DNA of 64,000 nt from Tubulanus polymorphus (taxonomy: Eukaryota; Animalia; Nemertea), in the NCBI RefSeq assembly GCF_964204645.1, contig NC_134035.1:5394001-5458000 (forward strand), given 5' to 3'. Under the pieces are notes generated by a model that was not told the DNA's origin, searched no databases, and worked only from the letters and a program-made list of their open reading frames with translations. Shown piece by piece: positions 1 through 11,536 of the stretch. Positions within the stretch are counted from its first letter, which is position 1. Each line of letters starts with the position of its first letter. Position numbers and translations under genes: made by a program.

Positions 1-3000
1 CTGCGGCAATCAACAATTGCTTCCAACGCGCCTGAAGTTGAAATCAATTCAATGGCAACTCTGGCCCACAGAACAGGTCCGGCAATATAAAATCATAGCC
101 AGAAAAAAAACTCTTAATTCTAAACGTGGTAACAGTGAATGAATGAGGGTGGATATGTAAGGAAGGCTTAATATGAATAGAGATTTCAGTGAATATTCGA
201 CGCAGATGAAATAATATGAACAAGCAAAAACAAATGATAAAACAAAACAGTTCACCATTATTTTCATAACGTTCATCATCGGCCGGTTGAAACAAGTCGT
301 AACCATCTTCACCTAACACTTCATAGATAAATAGAGTTAGACACACCGGGGTTAGCAAGCTATTATTATCTAACACCTCAGACGCCTATTCATCGTGAAT
401 TAGTTAAGTATGTAGGCGTAAGGTATATCGAGTCTATACCCGTAATTAGTTGTGTAGACCCAGTTCCCGAGGCTACTATAAGGCCTATACGGGCTAACGT
501 GCTAAATATGTCATATTTAAAAGAAAACGCAAAACTGGTTAAAACTAAATTATATACCACATAAACGAATGGAGTTCATTTCACAATTAAAGCTCACATT
601 TATAGCTCAAACAATTACGCATGTTAATACGACCACATTGAGAGGCAATCGCTCACTCTTAATCGATCGTTAAAACTAATTGTTATAAGGATCTCTTAGG
701 AATGAATCTGCAGCCTGGACCCGGTACCTCATCTGAATATCTATACTCGCCTTACTTAACTATACAATGGTACAATGGTGAATGTCTGAAAGGGTGTAGT
801 GGTTCCAGGCTGGAGGTTTATACCCGCATGAATTCTTACATTAAACATAAGTAACGAAGAAAGTTGTGTATTTCTTTAAGTTTATTACCTGCAGCGGTAG
901 GGGGCAGGTCAGTATATTTGCCTTCGACGAGTGACAGTTTCGAGTCGTAAAATTGCCGTAGTTTTGACATGTCCTCTTGAAGTTTAGCCTTCGATACTTT
1001 CTCTTCTTCGTATTTGCCTTGCATCGACGCCAATTGTAATTCATATTCCTTCATTATCAAAATTCAGAAATGAATTCATGTTCAATAAGACATTTGCAAT
1101 TGCTAGTTTAGAATTTTCTAATTATGAGCTTAGATTTCATGCGTTTGAGGCAAAAGTGTCAAGAACGAATGCTTAACTCAACTAGTTAATATATAACCAG
1201 CAAAGATTGAAAACCGATTGTACCTTTCTGATTCGTAATTTCTCTGCTTCGATCTCAGCGCTGTGGTCGACAACGACGACTTTTTCGATGACCTCAGGTG
1301 CAGGCACAGGTGCGGGTGGTGGTGGCGCTGGAGCAGCAGCTGCGGGAACTGTTGAGAAAATTAGAACCGAGGAGTGAACTGACATACCAGTAGCTGGCTG
1401 TTTTAATGCCATGATTAAATACTACAAGATAATCTAAACATAATAAAAACTAACGTACCTCCGGTAAGACCGCCTTGAGGTAAAGGTATCTGACCCATCA
1501 ACATCGCTTTCAACTTCTGAATCTCCTCTTGATACTCGCGCAAAAGCGCGTCTTTTGGGTCTTCATTTATCTTCGGCTTGTTCTTGATATTCTTGGCGCG
1601 GTTCGCGTATCTAACATCGCGAAAAAGCAAATATTACAAAATCATTCAACGTAAGTACAGTAGACTGAATGCTGATTGCCTTTGACTATCATCATGTGCC
1701 CCGGACAAAATAAAAGACTTTTTTATACGGCATTTTATGTTATGATGTCCCTAGAATTTCTGCCCTTGGATTAGCAAATGATTCAACATGCAGCACACTG
1801 CTACAGGGCCCAATGCCTTCATGAAAATCTCCAAGAGGAGGCATTCTACCCAAAACTTCAGTTTAACTTATTTTAGTTACGAATCACTCATAGAGATTTT
1901 GCATAAACTCAAATGTAGAAGCAACCGACCTCAGCGTACTGAGAGTTTCATCGTAATTATTATCAGCCGGTGACAGACAGGCGACCATCAGAGTTTTAGT
2001 ATTCCCGCCGAGTGAATCCTGCAGCAGACGTGTCAATTTCGAATCTCTGTACGGAATATGTTTCGATCGACCGTCGACCAACGCCGATATCACGTTTCCC
2101 AAAGCAGACAGCGATAAGTTGATTTTCGTTGCTTCTTTCAGCCGATCGCCGGTAGCACCTGTTCAATTAAACACACAAAATACACAATTTAAAACAAGTT
2201 TCATTTGAAAGAGTTTAAATTTATGTAAGAACAGGAATCCAATTCCGAAATTCCCTGATATTTCACCCAAGATTCATAAGATATCTTCAGTGGGGGCTGT
2301 TCTTATCAAGAGGTACCTTCCTTACCAGCAAGATCAAAAATTCCCTGACTTTTCCCCCGATTTTCAAGAGTCATTCCTTGGATTTCGGAAAAATAAATCA
2401 GGAATTCCCTGATTTCTCTGGTCTGTAAGAACTCTCTCATGTCTAAAGATATTCCATGCTTCACACTAGACAGTGGTTTGAATGTAGTTGAATACCTGTT
2501 TTAGCTTGTCGCTCAGAACCGGCTAAATCGACTAGATTCAGTTTTCCAGCTCGGATGTGATCCTCTCCGTTCTCGTCGGTGTTCGCCATTTCTAGATTGA
2601 TTGTGAATATCGAGTGACTACGCGATGAGTCGGCGTTCATTAGCGTCGATCCCGTGGAACGATTGCGCCAACCTTTCTCCATCACTCGCTCACAGTCGGA
2701 CACAGTGTGAACGGTGTGCTTCGATAAACCTAGAACATTAGAAATTCTCGAGATGTATCTTAATGTTGGAATCCGGGTAAATTGAATTTCTAACTCTGCT
2801 TCCTGGGCTGAGTATCGTAGATGTGGGGACAAAACCATTTTGAAATATCTCAGTTATTACCATGGTTACTCATTGTTTTTGTGGTGGTTGTCACCAAGGT
2901 TGAGGATTTACCCCTAGGAGCAAGTGGTAACCCATAGTGATAAATTTGATACTCAAGCCTATAAAACCGGGCACAGGTTGAAGATTTACCCCTAGTGGTA

Positions 3001-4438
3001 ACTTTGATACCTGCTCTATGAAACTGGGTCTGTGGTCCAGCCAACTATATACTGTTTTCTAAGTTTTCCGAGTAAAGCAGAATCTACTGTATTCAACCGC
3101 GGTTCTTGTATTATCAATTACCTTGTACGTAAACACCTTTCTCCGGATGTTCTTTCAGGTCTAGTTTAATTTTCACATCTTTCCCGAGCAGATCACGTAT
3201 TTCTTCGTTGTATATTTCCAGAAACGACGCGTGCACTAAAAACTTTGTTCCTTCCGTCACCGAGATTGTCTCAAATATGTGTTCAAATGCTCTACAAAAC
3301 AAACGTGAGAATTTCAACAAAAATATTTCAAATCAACAATCAAATAAGCATCGTCGTTACAAAAGTGTCTTGCGATGATGAATTGTTCCCTCAAAAAGTT
3401 ACTAGCCTGACAGAATTGGAATGGACAGTGACAGACAATTAACTACTGGGGAATTGGCAAAATCAAACACATCTCGAATCAGGTGCCAAGGGTTTGCCAA
3501 AAAGTGAGAGAGAACCCCATGATATCCATGAATGTTACTATCAAAAGGGGTAGCCCAATGACAATTGATCTTAATGATATTCTGGTCATCAATCAATAAG
3601 ACGCTAATGAACATTTAGGCCCTACACATTGAGGTAGGGGAATGAATCCGGATTTTTTCATACCTTGGTATAATTCCTCTTTGCGTTGTTGGGTCTTGTA
3701 TTCCCTGCATACTAAATGATTTTCCACAACCAGTTTGTCCGTAGGCGAATATCGTTCCATTGTAACCTTCTGTAACACCCTGAAACATTGCATTCAGAAT
3801 TCGATCTATCAAAAGAATGGCTACTTTGCACTGGTGTTGCTTCTCAATAATAAGAAAACAAAATAAGCTTTTTACTGAGAAAAGAATGATAGGGTGGCCG
3901 TTTTTATTAGACTTGCTTTTTCTCTGTCAAATTACTTAAGTATAGACAGAAACTTATTCATTTTATGCGCAATCTAGCAATCTCAACAAATTTTCCTGAC
4001 TTTTAAGCTTTTTTATGAAATTCCCCGACTACTCCCTGCCTTTTTTGAAAAGAAAATTTTCTGACTTCTCCCAATTTCTAGGTAGTGGCCACCCAGTATA
4101 ATTCAATGGCTGAGTGGTCAGGTCAGTCTTCATAGCCACACGATTGGTTCTTCGCGCTTAGACGAAATATTTTTAGGGCAACAGTAAAAACCGCTGGATA
4201 AACTCACCTCGACTAAAGGGTAGCCGATATCGGCGTAGATTTGTTCCGTCGTAGAATCCATGAAATAAGCTCCGTCGAATGTGAACGTTTTCGGCGGTGC
4301 TTTTTCATCGGCGGGATTCTGAATCTGACACTGGCCGCGCGACGCTTCCATCTTCACGCATGTTTTACAGTTTAAACTGCGTTCTCGGTCGTTCATCGGC
4401 CGACACCTAACGATCACCTTCACCGCCTCGGCAGCCAT
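1..4438 (-). CDS. KIF17: Kinesin-2 family motor KIF17/OSM-3-like, multi-exon, 3' part runs off the left edge
   Basis: Exons with GT-AG boundaries give [14 protein letters not shown] (4208-4438), the P-loop [17 protein letters not shown] (about 3664-3779), [13 protein letters not shown], switch [12 protein letters not shown], switch [31 protein letters not shown] and the neck [30 protein letters not shown]. The [13 protein letters not shown] motif and N-terminus fit KIF17 better than KIF3A/B. Confidence 0.88.
3890..4095. mobile_element. hAT-like MITE remnant of the CAGGGT/ttccctga family
   Basis: Ends agggtggcc and gtggccaccc, with internal ttccc(c/t)gac repeats. Similar remnants occur at about 2230-2430, 29174-29320, 49220-49464 and 56545-56818. 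Confidence 0.5.
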
Positions 4439-5499
4439 AGTTACACGCTGATCTTTTGTTCGTGCTCTTTGATAATACTGAAAAACAATCGCTGTGGTTT
4501 GATTTTACAAACTATTCTTTAAGCCAGAATAGCTACGGTTTCATATGGGGTATAGCGAATGTATTGATGTTAAGTGACAAGTATGTCGCATGTGTGACAG
4601 ACAGTACGTCCTCGTAGGCATAGTTTCTTTGATTGATTTAGGCCTTTAGATATACCCGGGTCAGTGTCTCAAAATTGGGTTAAAAGTTAGGCCTAACTGG
4701 TGGATGAATGCCATAACGCTGGGTGAAACTGCATTAGTGTTTAAATCCACCAGTAATTACTAAATTTGAGCATATGGGCCATATGGTGCATGAACCTATT
4801 TCAAATTCAAATCCTATATTTAAGTAGGCGTTCGCCTTGTATGGGCCTTTGCTTCATGATATCAATAATAAATTTCTACTTAAACATTGCACAGCGGAAA
4901 GTGGAGGCCTCAAAATTGTAAAACAACTAAACAAAATACATAGTTGTCAGTGCAGAGCAGAGAGAGATAGCCAGTAACCTGTCCGTTGTGAAGTTTCACG
5001 TTCGGATATTTTTAGCCCATCCAATTATAAAAGCTTACCACCAACAATTAGGTAGGTAACTAAGAGAAAAAGGTATGGTTTCATAGTCAGTAACCTGTCT
5101 GTGGTTTAGTTTCACGGTCGTATATTTTCACGAACCACAAGCTCATCCGATTATAAAAGCTTACAACTAATGAATATGTAACTTACTAAGGGTTTCAGTG
5201 ATGGGTGGTCCGACCCTCTGTCTGTCAACGTCACAGAATGTCAGACTCAGAGACAGCGGCCCAGTCGACAAGAAAGAGTGACAGACAGACAGACACTATG
5301 CCTATGGACAGCATGTCAGCAGTACCACACTGACTCACACCAACTTCAAGTCAAGACGGATACAATAAGTTGAGTTCACAACACTGTTTTACAACGATAG
5401 CGTTAGCGATACCCACCAGTCAGTCGGTAGCCACACACAAACAAAAAAAGTCAGTGGGGGAAATGTTTTCGTATAAACAGTGATAACAGATGGGAATTT

Positions 5500-6064
5500 T
5501 ACCTGTTCAAACTAGAAAACGCACTTCACTAAATGCAGTTTAAATCGACACGACGACCAAACCGGTTTAAATGCTATAATAAATCCTCATAATCAGTTGT
5601 TGTTGATTGATGTTTATTTCGGTGGTGGATTTGTTATTTTATTCGGCCTCTGAGACACCACCCGTGACGAGTTACAGGTCCGTCTGTCTGCGCGGGTTCT
5701 GTTAAATTACAAACGATGAAAAGAACCGTTGACACACATGGAAAAATTCACTTTGCATGATTAGCTCTACTTTTAGGTAACTTATAAGTTATCAATCATA
5801 CTTTGGTTAAAAGTTTAGCGCGAAATTGCTATTTTGTGATAATTCGGTGGAATAACTACAAATTATATTGATTTGACTGTTTTCAATTTAGCCTCGGCCT
5901 CATGAAGGCTTGGGGCGGCGCTGAGTTCACCGCGCTCGTGCAGGATAGTTGTTAGTAACGCGAAAAGAAGAACGCAATGTCCGATCAAAATTTTTCAGTG
6001 AAGTTTAGATGATCGGATTCTAGCTGGAGTTAGATAACGCTAATCGACGCGGTTATATTCACTG
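5500..6064. promoter_or_regulatory. Putative bidirectional promoter and 5'UTR exons of KIF17 and INTU
   Basis: Candidate donor of a KIF17 non-coding exon near 5502 (- strand) and of an INTU non-coding exon near 6065 (cactg|gtaaac). X-box-like GTTGTTAGTAAC at 5948-5959 and forkhead-like TGTTTAT at about 5611. Confidence 0.5.
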
Positions 6065-6577
6065 GTAAACGATCTCTTCATTCTAACTCCAAATAAACTC
6101 AGATTCTTCATAAATTGCGATGTTTTTTTGCGAAATATTTGTAGTAAACAACTTTTTTGGATAATCTGATCAATCACTTCCGGGTTTGTAAGTCAAATCT
6201 TAAATTTTTAAGATTTTTTATCCAAATTCGTTCGTTAAAAAATCGTTCTTATCTTACCCATATCTTGCTTACTACACCCGAGGCCAAACCAATCAATGAA
6301 CGGTTCAACCCTACCAACCCAGTATCCCTCAAAAACGTTTTTTATATAGGGGTTGGGCATTAAAACTGGTTTTTGACAAGTCCCTGTGGTTGATTCAAGT
6401 CAAGACCCGTAAAAGTTTATCAAAGTATAAAATTATATAATCTGCCACTGGTACTGCAAAATATTTCTACATGCCAATTAAGTTTTAGGCCTAGGTCAAT
6501 TTATAAGTCGATAGATATTTAATGTTTTATGTTTAAAGGCGTTTGTTTTAATCATTCATTTACTTCAGGCAGCAAAA

Positions 6578-9274
6578 ATGATTTACGAAGATCACATCGC
6601 GGACATCGACCACCATGACACGTCCGGGTCGCTGACTGACCCGACATCATCGGGATCCGATCTGGACGAGTCAGAAGATGATATCAGCGCCGAGGAGGAG
6701 GACGTGCCGTGGTCTGAGTCCGTCGGTAAAACCGGCGATGTGTTTTACGTCGAACCGTCGCGAGGTCCGATTTCGAGCATCGCTATCGAAGAACAGTCGG
6801 TCGCCGTGACGACGGCGATGCAACAATTAAACAAAAATGATCGCAACTCGACGACGAAGAGCTGGACGGGAAATCTTAAGAAACAGTTTCGTAAGAGTAT
6901 AACGGAGCGGCTGAAAAACGGAATCGGAGGCGGGCCGAAAATAGACGAGGTTCTGTCGGGAATTCACGGAGTCACGTTTCAGGATAAGTCGGGAATTCTA
7001 AAAGAGGTTCGCCTGTTCGTCGACCCGGAGAAAAATAACTTCGGACGCCGTTCGACGGCGATGGAGAGTTTATTCGGGATCGTGCCGGGAACGTTCGCCG
7101 GCAACGACGACCGCCGCATCATGGTGCAGGGTTTAACGCCGCGCGGAGAGGCGATGCGTTCGCGCGAGGTGAAGATCGGCGATTGGTTGATGAAGATCGA
7201 CGGACAGGAAGTGAACGCCGACAACGCAGCGGCGACGCTCGGCGCGATTCGGTCGGCGCGCGACGTTCGAATCACGCTGCAGCGATTCGCGCAGGAGGCA
7301 TACATCACGTCGCCGATCGCGCGGCGCGACCGCGACACCGAGAACCTCGTGCGGTTCATGAACGGACTCGAGATGCCCGAGATTCATAACATCCTCAACA
7401 CGGTGCCGCACGTCGCGATGTACCTGACGCTGGACTCGGAATCGGATTCGGAAATCGCGTATAAATATCCGAAGAAGGACTCGGACGTGGCGTCGTTGTG
7501 CGGACTGTACATCAGCCTCGGTCACATGTTGAAAGAGGCGACCGATTCGGACGCGCGTAACTCGACGATCGTCTGCAACGGTCGCCCGCTTCATGTCGGG
7601 CACCGGGTTTTCGGCAGAGAGGTGTTAGTGATCGCGGCGCCCGCCGATAAAGTACCCGCGACCCTACTGTCGAGCGTCGTTGAGCAGACGACTCGTTTAC
7701 TGACGTTTCTCTTCGGTTCTGTGTCGGACGCGTTTAAATCGCCGATCGTTGATGACGAAGCCCCCTCGCGTGTCGATCATTTATTCTCGTTACTATTCCA
7801 GCGTTTATTGCTGCCCGACGAACTATCGAAGCGCGGAATCCCGTTTCGCGTGCCGTTGCGTAACCTACTCGACGTCGAGGACGGTGTGCGCTGGTTGAAT
7901 TTACCGGACGCCGCGCGCGTCGACGTTAACAACGTTCTGAGCGATTTGGAAGCGGCCGATTTCGGCGACATGTCCGATGATTTCTACGGAATTCGTCGTC
8001 GTTACTCGATCGTCGGTTCGTGTCTGTATCATAAAGGTTTCCTGATCGCGAGTCACTTGCCGGCGCCGGATCTCGCCGATATAAACCTGTACGTACGTTA
8101 CTACTGCCTGCTGGCGTTATCGCGCCATCGTTTCCTCAGTCAGTTGATCGTGTGGAAGGAAGTTTTTCCGTCGAGTTCGAAAAACGGCGCGCTCGTACCC
8201 GGTTATGAAGAAACGCCCGGTCGGCATTTTCTTTTAGTCGTCGGGATGAAGTATAGTTTACTGTGCGTGTCGTTGCGTACGGGAGGCTGCGCCGAACCGG
8301 CGCTCGGTAACCCTCCCCCGGACCCGTTCTACGTCGACCAGGCGAAGGCGACCCTCGTTCACTTGCAGTCGGTCGATCTCGCCGGTTTGTGCGATAAGAA
8401 ACTGCGCGAGCCGCCGACTCCGCAGTTGGCGAATCCGGAAAACTTTTTCCCGAACACGAAGATCGCGCGCGGCGACAGTTCGACGGCGTTGGATAAAATC
8501 GCGATTCCGAGTTCGCCGACGAAGAAGAATCCGCCGGAATCGATTTTAAAGAAGCGCGGTTCTCCGAACTCGTCGCAGCGTCGCGCGAGCGTCTCCGGCA
8601 GCAGCGTCGGCGAACGCGAGTCGGACGCCGATAGTCTACAATCGGTCGGCAGTAACTCGAACGTGGCGGCGCCACCGGTACCGCTCGTACGAGGGATGAG
8701 TCAACGTAGTTCGGCTGGCTCGAACGAATCGGTGGCTAGCGGCGCCAGCGGTACGCTGTTTCGCAATCAGAAACAAACGCGTAATCTGCCGAGTATTTAC
8801 GACCTGAACGGAACGCGAACGTCGCACGACGAACACGTTCCCGAACTGAAACTGACGAGCGGTCTCGAGAACGTTCTGTTCCATTATGTGAACGTCGAAC
8901 GTACGGACGGACTCATTTTGTGTCCGTTGAACGTCGATTCGAACTTTCAACCGTCGTATAAACGATTAGTCGAGAACTTCGCCGCGTGTTGTCAACGGAT
9001 AAAAACGCGCTTTCCGTCGGGTAACGACGACGGCGATCCGTCGCGCGACGGTCGCCCTCTCGGCGACGTCTACGAAGAAGGCGTTTTATTCGAGTGCGAA
9101 CCGGAGCGTTGGAGCGACGCGAAACGATCGCCGCCGACGATGTGCTACTGGGTCGTCGGGCGGATGATTCGCGATGCCGTCGATCGACGCGAAGTTTATC
9201 TCTGTTTCCACGAGTCGATTCCGCAACATATCGTCGAATTGATATTCCAGTTGAAATTCGGAACTGGTCTCTAA
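6578..9274 (+). CDS. INTU: Inturned planar cell polarity protein (PDZ plus longin domains), single coding exon
   Basis: 898-aa ORF with an acidic N-terminus, a PDZ domain (IMVQGLTPRGEAMRSREVKIGDWLMKIDGQEV) and longin-type regions, including DLEAADF...RRRYSIVGSCLYHKGFLIASHLP and the C-terminal YWVVGR...EVYLCFHESIPQHIVELIFQLKFG. Splice acceptor ttcag just upstream (about 6568). Confidence 0.93.
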   Translation: MIYEDHIADIDHHDTSGSLTDPTSSGSDLDESEDDISAEEEDVPWSESVGKTGDVFYVEPSRGPISSIAIEEQSVAVTTAMQQLNKNDRNSTTKSWTGNLKKQFRKSITERLKNGIGGGPKIDEVLSGIHGVTFQDKSGILKEVRLFVDPEKNNFGRRSTAMESLFGIVPGTFAGNDDRRIMVQGLTPRGEAMRSREVKIGDWLMKIDGQEVNADNAAATLGAIRSARDVRITLQRFAQEAYITSPIARRDRDTENLVRFMNGLEMPEIHNILNTVPHVAMYLTLDSESDSEIAYKYPKKDSDVASLCGLYISLGHMLKEATDSDARNSTIVCNGRPLHVGHRVFGREVLVIAAPADKVPATLLSSVVEQTTRLLTFLFGSVSDAFKSPIVDDEAPSRVDHLFSLLFQRLLLPDELSKRGIPFRVPLRNLLDVEDGVRWLNLPDAARVDVNNVLSDLEAADFGDMSDDFYGIRRRYSIVGSCLYHKGFLIASHLPAPDLADINLYVRYYCLLALSRHRFLSQLIVWKEVFPSSSKNGALVPGYEETPGRHFLLVVGMKYSLLCVSLRTGGCAEPALGNPPPDPFYVDQAKATLVHLQSVDLAGLCDKKLREPPTPQLANPENFFPNTKIARGDSSTALDKIAIPSSPTKKNPPESILKKRGSPNSSQRRASVSGSSVGERESDADSLQSVGSNSNVAAPPVPLVRGMSQRSSAGSNESVASGASGTLFRNQKQTRNLPSIYDLNGTRTSHDEHVPELKLTSGLENVLFHYVNVERTDGLILCPLNVDSNFQPSYKRLVENFAACCQRIKTRFPSGNDDGDPSRDGRPLGDVYEEGVLFECEPERWSDAKRSPPTMCYWVVGRMIRDAVDRREVYLCFHESIPQHIVELIFQLKFGTGL

Positions 9275-10019
9275 AGCTCACGGGTTTTAAGAAGACCTAT
9301 ATTGTTCTCTTGGTTCACTCAATGACTCGATAAAACTCATATGCCTATCTATGACTGGTATTAACTTGAACCTAATTGAAAATGAATCGAGTTTAGCCCC
9401 AAGGTACCAGTCTATGAACCTGGCCGCGAGGTTATATAGGCCCTGTATTGTAAACTTTATTGAATAAACTTTTCGATTCGAATTCGGCCTTTTAAATCTT
9501 AGGTTCTCCATGCACTTTAACTAAAAGAGGTTTTTTGCATCAAGCCAACATGTCATGATGTGAGGTAGCCTAGAAATTCATTCTATCATTCTCAGTGAAT
9601 TTGTGACTTACTTCATCCTATGATAAATGTTGCTGCCATGGAAAACGTAGCCTCTGTATTTCAAAATCCGTCCACTTTTTCAAATAGAATCGAATCGATG
9701 TAAATTCTCCGTAGTTTTCTGCAGTCTGTAGGATTGGTTTTACATGCGTATATCATAGTACAGTATTTGATCTCAGTATTGAATTGATTGGTCGCCTCTG
9801 TGTAGAATGATTGAAGGGATTATATACGGTGGGCAGCTATTCATAATCTACCGCGCAGTAGATGGAACTTATCTCATTGCATTCATTATTGTGTATATAA
9901 TTTCATCTTTTATTGGCGTGGAAAATAGTGGATTAGAATTAATACGTTCATTTATTGAATCATTAGAAATAGTTTACGTATAGTAGAAAGTTAGATGATG
10001 ATGTCATAGGTGATTTTAT

Positions 10020-10410
10020 AGAAGATGCAAAATTTTCTTACGCCTAAGTAGCAAATTAAGAATATAATGCCATAAAGGGGGACTTCATGAAGTGGATATC
10101 TTTGCCACAGAAAGAATGTACTTCAATTCGAGTTCGATGATTATGTCATTAGTAGGGGGTTTGATGATAGAAGATGCCAAATTTATTCTGGCAGGTTCTT
10201 GAAAATCATCAGTTTGATGTCTTGTAGGGGGACTTCATGAAATGGATATCTTTGCCACAGAAACAATGTACCCAGTACTTTGAATTCAAGTACCCGGTAT
10301 GATAATATCGTTGGAGGGAGGGGTTGAGAGATGCCAAATCTATTCTGGCAGGTTCAAATCAGTTTCTTAATAAGAGTGCATGGTTTCATGTAGGGGGATT
10401 TAATGAAGTG
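10020..10410. repeat. Three degenerate tandem copies of a roughly 150-bp unit
   Basis: gaagatgc(c)aaa and agggggacttcatgaa.tggatatctttgccacagaaa recur at about 10020-10120, 10170-10270 and, more degenerate, 10328-10410. Confidence 0.75.
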
Positions 10411-10436
10411 CAGACATTATTGATTGAAGGAATGTT

Positions 10437-10607
10437 CAGTAGAACTCGCCTAAATCGGATTTTTAAATCTGGATTTTCACTTAATTCGGATGAAATATTT
10501 GGTCCGTTTAACCTAGAACCTTGTAAACTATTATTCATAATTCGGATTTTACTTAATTCGAAGAAACCTGGGCAGTTCCTAGTCATCCGAATTGAGTGCG
10601 TTCTACT
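10437..10607. mobile_element. Tc1/pogo-like MITE
   Basis: Inverted ends cagtagaactcgcctaaatcggat and atccgaattgagtgcgttctact. A related element lies at about 53668-53835. Confidence 0.55.
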
Positions 10608-11536
10608 CGGCTTCAATTATTAAACATGTCTTTGTGACTTGCCAATAAATTTTTCAAATACCGGTACACCAGTCAATATGAAGTTACTATTTGTTGTACG
10701 CTTGTTAAATAAATGGAGGAGTTTTTCTCGAATAATAGATACATTTTATGTACAATTGTTAATTTAAACGTCTGTGCTGCTTCATCTTTTTGCTAATATT
10801 TTTTGTACATATAAATTCATTTTGTACTCGCGTACTTATTATGTCTTATTATATTATGATATATATTATAGTTGAATAAATTATTATTATTACTTTATAA
10901 ATGACCGAAACAAAATATTTGATGCATTACTGATGCAGATTTGTCTTTTTCTGCTGGGATCATTTTATCTGGAAGGGACTGCCTGCTTGGAAACTGGTGA
11001 AATGCTGGACAAGATGAGCTGCAAGTTGCCGTATGTTATTTCAATATATCAGGGTGGTCACTAGATGAGCTTACAAGGATCTCTGGAATGATTGAGAAAA
11101 AGTCTGCCCTCTTTTCTTACTAAGTATCAAGAAAAAGTTCAAACAGGTCTGGAAAAAGTTGATATCATCAACAAACATCAACAGACATAATGTGAACCCC
11201 AAAGTGGCACATAAACAAAATGCAGAATCAAATGCATGAAAACAAGACTCGTCAAACGACAGTTTTTGAAGTGGGAAAAAATATCTTTTATTTTTTTAAA
11301 TAAAAAAAGCATCGATAAAATATTAAATAATTTCACTTAAACTATTGCGATACATCAGAAAAAAGTTAATCTTAAAAACATAGGATAAAAAGTAACATTC
11401 GCGTTTGGTCAGACACAAATAAATAAACTCGGTTCAAATTACCGTAATTTCTGATGTTAGATTCAACCTTAGAAATGATGACTGGTAAACAAAGATTCGG
11501 ACACAATTACAGATATTTCCAGCTTGATTCACTTGA

